64,000 nt of DNA, taken from the sequence record PV037725.1; one strand, given 5' to 3'. The notes beneath the pieces are model-generated. The model was not told where the DNA came from. It did no database searches and saw only the letters and a list, made by a program, of their open reading frames with translations. The position numbers were made by a program, and so were the translations under genes. Below are positions 1-9,528 of this stretch, one piece after another (position 1 is the first letter of the stretch; each line of letters opens with the position of its first letter).

Positions 1-773
1 ACCGTAAGGTAATCCTGCCGTTGGTCCGTCCACAGATCCCTGCTCTGATGGATACCCTCCCTGAAGCTGACTTCTACATTTTGGCTTATAGCCTGGGTGG
101 TGGTTCTGGTTCAGTATTGGGTCCGCTGATTACTGCTCAACTGGCTGATCGCAAAGCGGCGTTCGTTAGCTTCGTAGTCGGCGCAATGCAATCGACCGAT
201 GTGCTGGGTAACGATATCGATACCATGAAGACCCTCGAGTCTATCGCGGTTAAGAAAGGTACGCCAGTCGTAGTCAACTACACTGCTAACGCCCAAGGTC
301 GCACCTTCGATTCAATCAACAATGAAATTGCTGAGAAGATCCGCAAGGTAGTATTCCTGGTTAATCAAAACCATGGTCGCCTGGACGTGCACGACGTAAC
401 CAACTGGGTTCGGTTCAATGACAAGCATGACTATCTGATCCCACAAGTATGTGAACTGCACATCGAAACCGCTCGTAAAGATGCAGAGAACGTACCTGAG
501 GCCATCTCGACGATCAGTCTGTATCTCGATGCAGCTAAAGAAGTTGCGTTCGGTACCCCGATCTATCGTAAGGCTGGTATCATCAAAGCTGATGATCTCG
601 ATGCCACCGATGAGCAGATCCACTTCGTCATTAACTCCGTGGGCGTGACCGAGATCATGAAAACGATCACTGACACCAAACTGGAGATGACTCGTCAACA
701 GTCTAAGTTCGCACAACGTAGCCCAATCCTCGACGCTGATGATAACGTCGATGAAGACTGCATGGTAGTTTGA
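1..773 (+). CDS. phuZ: PhuZ phage tubulin (5'-truncated by window edge)
   Basis: Tubulin motif SLGGGSGS; frame open from base 3 (RKVILPLVRPQ); acidic tail ILDADDNVDEDCMVV; close to recalled 201phi2-1 PhuZ. Confidence 0.96.
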   Translation, partial: RKVILPLVRPQIPALMDTLPEADFYILAYSLGGGSGSVLGPLITAQLADRKAAFVSFVVGAMQSTDVLGNDIDTMKTLESIAVKKGTPVVVNYTANAQGRTFDSINNEIAEKIRKVVFLVNQNHGRLDVHDVTNWVRFNDKHDYLIPQVCELHIETARKDAENVPEAISTISLYLDAAKEVAFGTPIYRKAGIIKADDLDATDEQIHFVINSVGVTEIMKTITDTKLEMTRQQSKFAQRSPILDADDNVDEDCMVV

Positions 774-778
774 TTAAT

Positions 779-805
779 AGCCCCTCCTTCGGGAGGGGTT
801 TTATT
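779..805 (+). terminator. GC hairpin terminator after phuZ
   Basis: CCCCTCC-TTCG-GGAGGGG followed by TTTTATTT. Confidence 0.85.
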
Positions 806-821
806 TCGCTTAGGAGTTAAC

Positions 822-1103
822 ATGAACGACAATGATGATATCTTCAATGAAAGTTTCGCTCCACCTCCATCGTGGAAACCTAAAAGTAAATTCGAATTCT
901 GGCAGGGCGATAAGATCCACTTCAATGGCACAACGTTTCATATCTACCGGGCCACAGTAGACTATGTAACGATCATGATCCGCAAGATGGATGTTGATGC
1001 AAACCTGATGCAGTTCATGGATACGCAATACGATGCCGTTTATATTGGTCCAATGATTGAATGGACTGACGGTGTACACGTTACCTTTAAAAGGAAAGCC
1101 TAA
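822..1103 (+). CDS. hypothetical protein
   Basis: 93 aa ORF with SD AGGAG. Confidence 0.8.
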   Translation: MNDNDDIFNESFAPPPSWKPKSKFEFWQGDKIHFNGTTFHIYRATVDYVTIMIRKMDVDANLMQFMDTQYDAVYIGPMIEWTDGVHVTFKRKA

Positions 1104-1104
1104 G

Positions 1105-1413
1105 ATGGCGTTGTTCCGCGTAGATAACACCGAGTTTGACGTTGGTGAGTATTCCCATGAGCGTATACTCTGGCTCGACGTATTAGTCCGTGGGGAACGG
1201 ATGTTTAGCGAACCGGTTCAATTGACAAATCAACCCTACGGTAAAAAGCTGGTGGAGTTGATCCGTAAATCAGAAACTACAGTTGAAGTCGTGTTCAATT
1301 CACAATTACACACCCCTGGTCATCGATACGATCATACTGTCGATTTGATCTTGCGTGATGAGGGTACTAAAGCAATTGCTTCGGCATTCAGTGTGAATAT
1401 TTTCAAAGAGTGA
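1105..1413 (+). CDS. hypothetical protein
   Basis: ATG at 1105 right after the previous stop; operon-like packing. Confidence 0.7.
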   Translation: MALFRVDNTEFDVGEYSHERILWLDVLVRGERMFSEPVQLTNQPYGKKLVELIRKSETTVEVVFNSQLHTPGHRYDHTVDLILRDEGTKAIASAFSVNIFKE

Positions 1414-1796
1414 GGTGCAGTGTGTTTGCATGGATTAAGAACTGGCTTAACCCTACGGTTCCAGAAGTTGTGCCTGAACCACCGCCAGTTAAAATCTGGC
1501 GCTTTATGCCAATGCATATCCTCCTACCCCAGACACTTGAATTGGGTGAAGGTTATTCGATCTTTGTTTCGGTCAACAACCAACCGATAGCCAAGTATTT
1601 TGATATAGTTGCACTGGGTGCCAACTTCACTCGAACCTGTAACTTGCTGAACTACGGTAGCGATACAACTGTGTTGAACTTCAATAAGCCGTTGAATCTA
1701 CGTTGTGATCCAGGTGTGGTGGACATTGATATTGTCCAAGATAATGCAATCGTAGCCAGCTTTAAAAACATCGAAATTGACCACGACTTTAAATGA
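1410..1796 (+). CDS. hypothetical protein
   Basis: 128 aa ORF, GTGA overlap with the upstream stop. Confidence 0.7.
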   Translation: MRCSVFAWIKNWLNPTVPEVVPEPPPVKIWRFMPMHILLPQTLELGEGYSIFVSVNNQPIAKYFDIVALGANFTRTCNLLNYGSDTTVLNFNKPLNLRCDPGVVDIDIVQDNAIVASFKNIEIDHDFK

Positions 1797-1804
1797 GGTG
1801 ATCT

Positions 1805-2122
1805 ATGAGTAACTGTAAAGAAGGCGAAGGCCGTACCAAATTTGCACCTATTATCTTTACCAGTGCTGCCTTGGCAACCCATCGGGATTGGCAGGTATTG
1901 CTCATTGGTGATAATGACGTACTGATCGCCGAGATTGGCCGTGTAGGTGAGTGCAGTCCAGGTCAAGATGTTGAAATTGAAAAGTGGGCTAGACATGGCC
2001 AATTCCAACTTACCATCCCAGATGGATTGTTCCTAACCTACCCAGTTCATACCTTCGACATCATTCTTCGAGTTAATGGTATCGCAGCTGAATTGTTTCC
2101 GAATATCCAAACGGTAGACTGA
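1805..2122 (+). CDS. hypothetical protein
   Basis: 105 aa ORF, SD GAGGTG. Confidence 0.75.
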   Translation: MSNCKEGEGRTKFAPIIFTSAALATHRDWQVLLIGDNDVLIAEIGRVGECSPGQDVEIEKWARHGQFQLTIPDGLFLTYPVHTFDIILRVNGIAAELFPNIQTVD

Positions 2123-2130
2123 GGTGTAAG

Positions 2131-2670
2131 ATGAATAAAGTAATCTGGACACCTGGACTAGGTGTTACCACCTTAGGTGAGTTGGATAAGATCCGACCCA
2201 AGGTGACCGTGCTGAATTGCTGGAATGCTGAGAAGTTTACACCGCCAGTACCAGTGATTAGTTTTAACGAATGGAATGGGTTGGAACCTGGTGAGCGACA
2301 TACGTATCCATTAGGTACGCATCACGTAGATGTCCAACGTATTTACTGTGATGACGTAGAGGAACAGATTGACGCGAGCTACAGGTTATTTGATTACATT
2401 GACGCGATCAAGATTATTACGTTCCTTGACAAATATCGTGGGCAGGACATCATGGTTCATTGCGCGGCAGGCGTTAGTCGTAGCCCTGCTTGCGCAAAGT
2501 TTATGGTAGAGTACCTCGGGTATCGGTTGGATGAGTTCAATAGTTCCTCGAACTTCTTTGATCGGCATAATACTCACATCTACTATACTCTGAAGCGGGC
2601 AATGCTCGACCACACTGCAACTATCCTACGAATTTTGGAGGCGAGTCATGGCAAAGAAAAAGAAGCATGA
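2131..2670 (+). CDS. protein-tyrosine / dual-specificity phosphatase family protein
   Basis: P-loop VHCAAGVSRS (HC-x5-R); SD GAGGTG. Confidence 0.85.
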   Translation: MNKVIWTPGLGVTTLGELDKIRPKVTVLNCWNAEKFTPPVPVISFNEWNGLEPGERHTYPLGTHHVDVQRIYCDDVEEQIDASYRLFDYIDAIKIITFLDKYRGQDIMVHCAAGVSRSPACAKFMVEYLGYRLDEFNSSSNFFDRHNTHIYYTLKRAMLDHTATILRILEASHGKEKEA

Positions 2671-2854
2671 AGGCAAGAATGCTCAGTTGGTTGGGGAAAC
2701 TCGATTGACTCAGCGTGAGATGAAAAAGATGCAAGCTGCTTACCACAACATTCAACGTGATAACCAGACTCGGCTAGAAGAACACACCAAGGCTCAGATT
2801 GCCGCAGGTATGGTTGACATCGGTGGAGTTGCCAATCTAGGTACGCTCTCATGA
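2648..2854 (+). CDS. small basic hypothetical protein
   Basis: 68 aa, MAKKKK start, SD GGAGG. Confidence 0.7.
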   Translation: MAKKKKHEGKNAQLVGETRLTQREMKKMQAAYHNIQRDNQTRLEEHTKAQIAAGMVDIGGVANLGTLS

Positions 2855-3033
2855 CAGGCGCAGTAGCTACATTCTGGGCGGCTGTGGTATGCATTCTGTT
2901 TATTCTTGCATCCGGAACCATACACTACCGAATAAACAAAAGTACAGATATCTTCTACAGTGTACTACTATTGATTGGTGTATTGGTCATGGTGGTATCA
3001 GGTGTAGTTTGGGTAGTCACTAACGGCGGGTAG
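2851..3033 (+). CDS. small two-TM membrane protein
   Basis: Two hydrophobic stretches in 60 aa; ATGA overlap. Confidence 0.7.
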   Translation: MTGAVATFWAAVVCILFILASGTIHYRINKSTDIFYSVLLLIGVLVMVVSGVVWVVTNGG

Positions 3034-3034
3034 T

Positions 3035-3496
3035 ATGACTAAGTTGAAAGCGCGGCTAGATAAAGCTGTAGCTGAAGACTTAGGTATTGCACTCTCATCC
3101 GATTCAATCACACTAAAGGAAGTTGCGGAACATCCGAACTTAGTAACTGCTCTAGTACTTGCTTACGTGGTGGGTGAAGACTTTTATTATGATCAGATAC
3201 CCGTATGGCGTTACGTTAATGGGATGCGAACTAAGATACCTAAGTTCCACTCGCGTCCTGTTATCGAGGCGCGATTGGCGAAGCAGCTATACAACCGGTA
3301 TTACGTAATATTTGCTGGAGCCTTAATTCACCTCAAGGTGAGCAAGCCCAGTGATCTCAAATTACGACTGCCATTTACAATAGGCGAAGACGGGACCTAT
3401 CGCTCGACGGTAGTAGTCCCTGACTCAGTAATGGGTCTTCGAAAGAAACCATTATTATTCCACAGACGACAGGTTAAGTATGAACTACAAAATTAA
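3035..3496 (+). CDS. hypothetical protein
   Basis: 153 aa ORF, tight packing. Confidence 0.75.
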   Translation: MTKLKARLDKAVAEDLGIALSSDSITLKEVAEHPNLVTALVLAYVVGEDFYYDQIPVWRYVNGMRTKIPKFHSRPVIEARLAKQLYNRYYVIFAGALIHLKVSKPSDLKLRLPFTIGEDGTYRSTVVVPDSVMGLRKKPLLFHRRQVKYELQN

Positions 3497-3854
3497 TTTT
3501 TGGAATGAGTTGTTTCAAGCCCTCATTGATATCCATCTGATCAACGGTAATGACTTCGATGGTTTTTATCACCTGGGGGCCAATGATTCATTCGTCCAAC
3601 TAGAACGTTTGGATTACTCTGCAACCACACCTTATCCATTCCTACGTTACACGTTCAAGTCACCTGAGGGTGGCGACGTAATGTTCAGCGTGAATAACAA
3701 AGAGGGTGGTGGAATGGAAACAGTACTGGATCGAGTACGCGACAAGTCTGGCTACGTTCAGCAGTTAGACATGCCCAATGAACAAGCTGAGCAGATTCTG
3801 CAACAATGCTATCTGTTCGCTGTCAAAGAAATGTCGACTATCTGGTATAACTGA
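3480..3854 (+). CDS. hypothetical protein
   Basis: 124 aa ORF overlapping the upstream gene end. Confidence 0.75.
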   Translation: MNYKINFWNELFQALIDIHLINGNDFDGFYHLGANDSFVQLERLDYSATTPYPFLRYTFKSPEGGDVMFSVNNKEGGGMETVLDRVRDKSGYVQQLDMPNEQAEQILQQCYLFAVKEMSTIWYN

Positions 3855-3861
3855 GGTCTGT

Positions 3862-4137
3862 ATGAATCGTCATGAACAGTTCAAACAACTCTGTGAAGAA
3901 TGGTTGGAGTTAGATCTTCCATTTACCTGCACTAGTCTAGACACTTATACGAGTATCCGTATTGAACGTCAGCGAAATGCATTGGTGTTTGCCAGTAAGC
4001 GTGCTGGACAAGTTACGGAACTGGGTAAAGCCAAATTGACTGAAGACAATAAGCTTGAGGGTATGGTATACGTTTCCACAACTCCTGCTCTGGGTCTGAT
4101 GTTGTACGGCCTCGAACAAGCAATCGAAAAGAACTAA
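3862..4137 (+). CDS. hypothetical protein
   Basis: ATG at 3862 with SD GAGGT. Confidence 0.7.
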   Translation: MNRHEQFKQLCEEWLELDLPFTCTSLDTYTSIRIERQRNALVFASKRAGQVTELGKAKLTEDNKLEGMVYVSTTPALGLMLYGLEQAIEKN

Positions 4138-4221
4138 CTATGGACACTAAGGCATTTATCGAACAAGTTAAGATGGATGCCTTCATGATGCTCCGTGAAT
4201 TACAGCTGAAGACATCACCTT

Positions 4222-4443
4222 ATGAAAACTGTAGTAATATGCTTGACCTTACTGGTATGCCTACTTGGCTTGAGCCGGACCAATCTAATTCGAGATTACC
4301 TCCGTCAAGAACATACCGCACAACTAGCTAAACCTAGTGGTGATAGTTATCGAGCATGTCTTAAGCGTGAGTCCGCTGGGCTCGGTGTAACTAACATTCA
4401 ACAGATGCAGAAATGCGAAGAGGAAACTAGTAATGGAAAATGA
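4222..4443 (+). CDS. exported/membrane-anchored protein, C-x18-C family copy 1
   Basis: N-terminal hydrophobic helix, YRAC-x18-C. Confidence 0.7.
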   Translation: MKTVVICLTLLVCLLGLSRTNLIRDYLRQEHTAQLAKPSGDSYRACLKRESAGLGVTNIQQMQKCEEETSNGK

Positions 4444-4687
4444 TACCCCCACCCAATCCAATCGTAAGTCTCCATGGTTTTGGATCTTTATGTGCGTATT
4501 GGTCCTGTCCGTAACGCAGTGTGCCCGCGAAGAAAATGCATCTAAAGAACGCAGAGAAGCTGAACTGAAGACATGGCAAACGTCACCAGAGGGTAACTTC
4601 AGATTCTGTATCACGACTGCAACTGGTGCGGAAGGTAAAGCCACAGTAGAACAAATTGCTGCGTGCAATAAGGCAGCCGGTCGATGA
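4433..4687 (+). CDS. membrane-anchored protein, C-x18-C family copy 2
   Basis: TM helix, FRFC-x18-CNKA; SD GAGGA. Confidence 0.75.
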   Translation: MENDTPTQSNRKSPWFWIFMCVLVLSVTQCAREENASKERREAELKTWQTSPEGNFRFCITTATGAEGKATVEQIAACNKAAGR

Positions 4688-4920
4688 ACGATGAATTTAT
4701 GAGCCCGGCCGTGGCTAAATGGATGGGTATCGTATTCGGTGGCATCTTGTTGTTTGGTGGTATCATGACTTTCAAAATGTCAATGGACCATACTAATCAA
4801 CTTAATCGAGAGTCTACTGAGCGGTTATATAAAGCTTGCACCGACACCTTACCATCATCCGACCATCCACAATATGCAACGTTGTTGGAATCTTGTAATA
4901 AAGCCTTTGGATCTAAGTAG
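4684..4920 (+). CDS. membrane-anchored protein, C-x18-C family copy 3
   Basis: TM helix, YKAC-x18-CNKA; ATGA overlap. Confidence 0.75.
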   Translation: MNDEFMSPAVAKWMGIVFGGILLFGGIMTFKMSMDHTNQLNRESTERLYKACTDTLPSSDHPQYATLLESCNKAFGSK

Positions 4921-4931
4921 TACCGTGACGT

Positions 4932-4964
4932 CATAAAGCCCCTCCGCAAGGAGGGGCACTATGC
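4932..4964. terminator. bidirectional hairpin terminator (dispersed repeat family)
   Basis: CATAAAGCCCCTCC-GCAA-GGAGGGGCACTATG between convergent genes. Confidence 0.8.
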
Positions 4965-4973
4965 TGTTCTTTT

Positions 4974-5798
4974 TTATTGAGCTGCCAAGATAGTACGGAT
5001 GTGAGTACGGTTACCTTCAGGGTCGTTGAAGCAACGTAAGATCGTCTGACACTTCTTAAGCTGTTCATCGTAAAGGTCATTCATCTCAGACCATTCGTAG
5101 ATCTTATCACGGAACACACCAAGTTCTTGACCGCCACTCAGTTGCGCCTCACCCATGCTAATGAACATCTCGTTGTAACAGTGTGCCTTAACAGCATACT
5201 CAAACAACTTAGCAAATGCGAGGTAACTAGGTTGACGGATGTTATTGAGTTCATCATCGTTACCTAAACGACATGCTAGATAAGCGGTCGCTGATGGCAT
5301 GAAGATAAACCGAACCATAAAGGTGTTGTGGTTAATCAAACCTAAGTAACTGGTCTGAGCCACAGGTGCTTTACGTGCAGCATCTAATACCTGTCGAGTA
5401 GCGGCAGTCATAGCCGACTCGTTAAAGGTCATTGCGTAACCAGTGTTCTGATAACCCAATACACCGAAGTGTACGCTGTATAGTTGAACGATTGGTCGTC
5501 CTTGGGTATATTCGTCTGGTACATAATAGACGGTTGTGTATGGATCGACGTACTGTGCTCGGACGGGGTAGTCAAGTGGAATGAACGTCTTAGTACCACC
5601 GACGATCTCAAGGTCTGGTTTAATCCGACCTTCAATCACGATTTCCTTAATACGGTGTTCCATCGAAACGTTTACGCCACAACCCGAAGTAGTCAAACTC
5701 AGATCGTCACCATCAGTAGAACTGATAAATACCTGATTCAGAATCTGACGCGGAATCCGCGGTCGAATGTAGTTAAGAGCATATTGGATAACACTCAT
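4974..5798 (-). CDS. conserved phiKZ-like core protein (probable phiKZ gp42 equivalent, likely structural)
   Basis: Long antisense-oriented ORF between phuZ and the polymerase block; assignment by synteny. Confidence 0.6.
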   Translation of the reverse strand: MSVIQYALNYIRPRIPRQILNQVFISSTDGDDLSLTTSGCGVNVSMEHRIKEIVIEGRIKPDLEIVGGTKTFIPLDYPVRAQYVDPYTTVYYVPDEYTQGRPIVQLYSVHFGVLGYQNTGYAMTFNESAMTAATRQVLDAARKAPVAQTSYLGLINHNTFMVRFIFMPSATAYLACRLGNDDELNNIRQPSYLAFAKLFEYAVKAHCYNEMFISMGEAQLSGGQELGVFRDKIYEWSEMNDLYDEQLKKCQTILRCFNDPEGNRTHIRTILAAQ

Positions 5799-5894
5799 GT
5801 GCGATCGTTTCCTATAGCGCGTTACAGGGGCCTTCACGGCGTCGTAGATATACTAGGGTTGCGTATATTATACGAAGAGGGAAGCGTAATTCAA

Positions 5895-5916
5895 TTTATT
5901 TCAAATCTATATCATG
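5895..5916 (+). promoter_or_regulatory. early promoter (TATATCAT variant)
   Basis: TTTATTTCAAATCTATATCATG, same family as motifs at 12771, 20091, 21911, 34765, 40078. Confidence 0.7.
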
Positions 5917-5935
5917 ATGTTGAACAATTGCCGAG

Positions 5936-6367
5936 ATGTTTATGATGACCATTGAACCGGTACCGCCACATGCCTTACTTACGTATGACATCCGCGCGGC
6001 ACTTCGACTGCTAGACATGTATCCAATCAAGGCGTATGCACTCAGACGATATCAGGTCGAGAACAACATCAATCCTGACTACGCGATGATCATTAAAAGT
6101 GAATCACCGACAGATCAGAAACTGCGAGCCCTTGAAGCTCAGGTTATTGATGACGTAATCATCACCATGATTAACGGATTTGAACATACGTGGATTCAAC
6201 GAGACCTCAAGCATATGACGCACGACGAACTACTCTTTGCTTCGAGTCAAGCCGACTTCAGGCATGAGCTATTTCATAGTGTGCGTATCAACCCTGAATT
6301 CGCTGGAATGTTTGCTCACTATCAACGGATAGGAGAGTCGATCTTCTTAGCAGTTCCCAAGTACTAA
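5936..6367 (+). CDS. hypothetical protein
   Basis: 143 aa ORF, first gene after the early promoter. Confidence 0.75.
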   Translation: MFMMTIEPVPPHALLTYDIRAALRLLDMYPIKAYALRRYQVENNINPDYAMIIKSESPTDQKLRALEAQVIDDVIITMINGFEHTWIQRDLKHMTHDELLFASSQADFRHELFHSVRINPEFAGMFAHYQRIGESIFLAVPKY

Positions 6368-7419
6368 TGGCGGATGTAATGAACTCTAAACGTTTTATTG
6401 TGCTTGAGGCACAAGACCAAGCGAACAACATCTTGGACTTTGTTGAGTGGCTATCGCTATCTCGCCCTGACCTCGGCCTCAAGGCTCTTACTCGTCGGGA
6501 AGCATCTAACATCGTGTACTTTCTGGTGCGTGATATTGTTGATGTTCTACTGGCGCACAAGATCTACAACCCGGAGAACTCTGAGTACATTGCAAGTATC
6601 TTGTTCGGTATTCCTAAGAACAAGTTGACCCAACCACAGACAGCGTTGTATGAAGCAGTTACTGCGGAACACATGTGGGTCAGTATCATCGCCACACTGC
6701 GCAACCAAGTTAGTCATACCATCAAACAGGGTGATTGGACTGACTGGAACGTAGTTAAAGCCGGTAGCCTGGTAGGTCTGGCTGAGGGTGAAGATCATCG
6801 TATTACTGAGTTCCATAAAGAAGCTAAGGCTCTGGCTGTTGATGAAGAAGCGGTTCTTACACTTAACTGCAAGAACCCAATCAACTATCTTTACAATGAG
6901 TTCTCTAAGCGGTACGGTTCGAACTTCCACAACCTTCGCCACATGCTCGTAGACCCAGATGTTAAGTTGGATGGGTACTATCGCAAGATCCTTGAAGGTT
7001 TCGTAGCTGACCCGACTGAATACATCGTTGGGTTGTTTATCGATACCCTGATCTTGATGCACCCACAGATCGAACTCTCGAAGAATGCTCCGTCGCGTAA
7101 CAACTTCATCGAGCGTGCATTGGGTATCTACGACATGTCTAGCTTCCAATCCAAAGTGGTTCAGAAGTTGATCATGGCGTTTGGCATGAACTGGTTTAAC
7201 TATGAGATTAAGAAAGACGAGAACTACTTCGTTGAGTATTACCTCAATACCCACATCATGGCCATCTTCCAGAAACCATTCTCGACCATCACAGAAAAAT
7301 ACGAGGCAGAGTTATTGAATGCGTTGATCCGCGGAGACTATCTTCCACCACATGAGCGTGAGATTGCTGAGCGTCTTTATCTGGAGAGTTCGCAACACGT
7401 TCTTAATCTGAATACCTGA
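6367..7419 (+). CDS. hypothetical protein
   Basis: 350 aa ORF, TAATG coupling. Confidence 0.85.
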   Translation: MADVMNSKRFIVLEAQDQANNILDFVEWLSLSRPDLGLKALTRREASNIVYFLVRDIVDVLLAHKIYNPENSEYIASILFGIPKNKLTQPQTALYEAVTAEHMWVSIIATLRNQVSHTIKQGDWTDWNVVKAGSLVGLAEGEDHRITEFHKEAKALAVDEEAVLTLNCKNPINYLYNEFSKRYGSNFHNLRHMLVDPDVKLDGYYRKILEGFVADPTEYIVGLFIDTLILMHPQIELSKNAPSRNNFIERALGIYDMSSFQSKVVQKLIMAFGMNWFNYEIKKDENYFVEYYLNTHIMAIFQKPFSTITEKYEAELLNALIRGDYLPPHEREIAERLYLESSQHVLNLNT

Positions 7420-7862
7420 TGAACATACTGATCACAAATGAAAGTTGGCCCACACATAACTGGGCCGACGATGGATTCTGGGTTGCAGCGAACTTCTTTA
7501 CCCGTAGTAAACTGGTTAGAGCCATTGCAACATTATTAATGATTCAGAACGATACCGACCAAGGTGAAAGCTATGATGATGCCCTTAGTGAAACAATCGC
7601 GGAACTCATTGGTGCGCGTTTGTCTGAAGAAGACGAAGAAAATCCACCACCAACTCTCTCCGATGACGAATCAATTGCAGTTACCGAGTACCTTAAAAAG
7701 TCTGTGCAAGCGCTCCGTCCGTACATGCCTAGCGGCGGGTCACTTGAACTCATTACCTATATAAACGATCCTGAGCAGAACAAACTTTATTTGGTTGTGA
7801 GGTACTGGCCGGACGATGAGCATTCTGATAAGGCTTTCACCAGCCCTGGTGTACGGGGATAG
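7419..7862 (+). CDS. hypothetical protein
   Basis: 147 aa ORF, TGATG coupling. Confidence 0.8.
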   Translation: MNILITNESWPTHNWADDGFWVAANFFTRSKLVRAIATLLMIQNDTDQGESYDDALSETIAELIGARLSEEDEENPPPTLSDDESIAVTEYLKKSVQALRPYMPSGGSLELITYINDPEQNKLYLVVRYWPDDEHSDKAFTSPGVRG

Positions 7863-8208
7863 TTTAGGACTGGTTGAGATCTTAGGTGACAAAGTTGGTC
7901 TAAGTGTAAGTGACATCAATGACATTGTTGTTTCCTACATCGAGTACGTCAGTTTCAATTGTCCGCATAGTTTTGCAGATCGTGAAATAGTGGAGCAGTA
8001 CTTCATGGGCGATCCCATGGGGTACACTCTGCTTTATGCCGTCATAGGTCAATTCCCTGAGATCAAGGCTTATATCCCCGATCGTGTTAAGAGCATACGC
8101 TATGCACGAACACTCCAAGGAGGATTCTATTTAATTTGTGAGCACGAAGATGAACATACTCCTGACGTTCGACTCAACCCCATTCACGCAACACTTGACC
8201 TCGAATGA
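7816..8208 (+). CDS. hypothetical protein (start uncertain)
   Basis: 130 aa ORF filling the operon. Confidence 0.65.
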   Translation: MSILIRLSPALVYGDSLGLVEILGDKVGLSVSDINDIVVSYIEYVSFNCPHSFADREIVEQYFMGDPMGYTLLYAVIGQFPEIKAYIPDRVKSIRYARTLQGGFYLICEHEDEHTPDVRLNPIHATLDLE

Positions 8209-8602
8209 CGATCGTAACATGATCGACTACATCGTAAGGGAGTATGGCCCAGCACTACAGAATGCATTAGCGTTGTTTAATGGCTCATCAGACTTCCACA
8301 TTAGAACCCACTATCAAGACGCTTACTTCAGAGCGATTTTGATGTCGGGTAATGCGTTTGATGACGGCGGCACCAAGTTGTTCCGTAGGCGCACTGTAGA
8401 CGATGATGGTAACGTGTTGTCCACAAAGGCGCGTTATGATGAATTAGTAGACGCATGTGTCACACATTTCAACAGTCAGATCATCGCAGTACTCCGTGGT
8501 ATCCAGCAGCAAACACGGAGAATTTATACTGTGGATGTTGTAGGATATGAGAATAGAACCCTTAAGATCCTACTTAAAACCGATGGAGCAATTCAACCAT
8601 GA
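8150..8602 (+). CDS. hypothetical protein
   Basis: MNILL start at 8150. Confidence 0.75.
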   Translation: MNILLTFDSTPFTQHLTSNDDRNMIDYIVREYGPALQNALALFNGSSDFHIRTHYQDAYFRAILMSGNAFDDGGTKLFRRRTVDDDGNVLSTKARYDELVDACVTHFNSQIIAVLRGIQQQTRRIYTVDVVGYENRTLKILLKTDGAIQP

Positions 8603-9528
8603 CCCAATCGAGTAACATCGGCATGCTGGTTAACCATGCCGAAATAGACCACCTGTTAACATCGATGTCTGATTCACTGCGTAACGCGGCATACAAGGTG
8701 GCGAATGAAATCGCCCCCAAAGGTAGTGAGAAATACAGTGAGTTCTTTGACGACGTAGGTACCCTAATCGGTTACGATGAAGATACCAACAAGGCCATGT
8801 TGCGGGATTGTTTGGATCACTACGTACAGTATGCCAACAGTTTCGGTTCTGCTGAACGTATGGACTTCAACTATTATCTGGAGACTAACTTCCAGATGGT
8901 GCTACCCTATATCACCAGTCGTCCCGAAGTAATGTCATACCTCACTAGCTTGTTTGCCACGGCGTGCGGGATCTTGTCTAGCGTACTACACCCGGTGATT
9001 GAGGATATCTACTCCCGTGGTCAGCTCATCGATAAGATCGAGTCTTTCGTAACGGGAACGGATAACACCTATTATCTAGTGTACGGTGAGGATATCGACA
9101 ACCCGGAGACCTACGACCCAAAGGAAGACGACCTCAGTGACGTAGACGTCAGCCAGTCTCCTGAGGTGTTGCAAAGGTTGAGTGCAGTTGAGACCCGTAG
9201 ACGTGAGGATGATAAAGCTAACGCCGCGTGGAGTGCGTACAGTAAATCACTTCACGATGCATTGACTGAACCAGGTGCATTGTTAAACCATTTGGTAAAA
9301 TCAAGGTATAAAACGACGGTGCACAGACTGCACCCTGCCACGGGTGAACAAGAACCAATTAGTGAGCACACAACTACATTTGAGCCAGAGAAGTTTCCAC
9401 ACTTCGTAAAAGTTACAGATCAAAGTATCCGGCCAAGTACCCCACCTGAACCATTACCGCGCCACCCACATATACCACCTACAAATCTTAACCTTGTCTG
9501 GCATGCGCCAGGGACTGAACTTCTATGA
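8599..9528 (+). CDS. hypothetical protein
   Basis: 309 aa ORF, ATGA overlap, acidic linker. Confidence 0.8.
   Translation: MTQSSNIGMLVNHAEIDHLLTSMSDSLRNAAYKVANEIAPKGSEKYSEFFDDVGTLIGYDEDTNKAMLRDCLDHYVQYANSFGSAERMDFNYYLETNFQMVLPYITSRPEVMSYLTSLFATACGILSSVLHPVIEDIYSRGQLIDKIESFVTGTDNTYYLVYGEDIDNPETYDPKEDDLSDVDVSQSPEVLQRLSAVETRRREDDKANAAWSAYSKSLHDALTEPGALLNHLVKSRYKTTVHRLHPATGEQEPISEHTTTFEPEKFPHFVKVTDQSIRPSTPPEPLPRHPHIPPTNLNLVWHAPGTELL

Noticed and set aside
4140-4331. 63 aa ORF overlapping the first C-x18-C gene
   Set aside because: The 5' part may be real, but the 110-nt overlap with a better-supported paralog makes the extent doubtful; not called.
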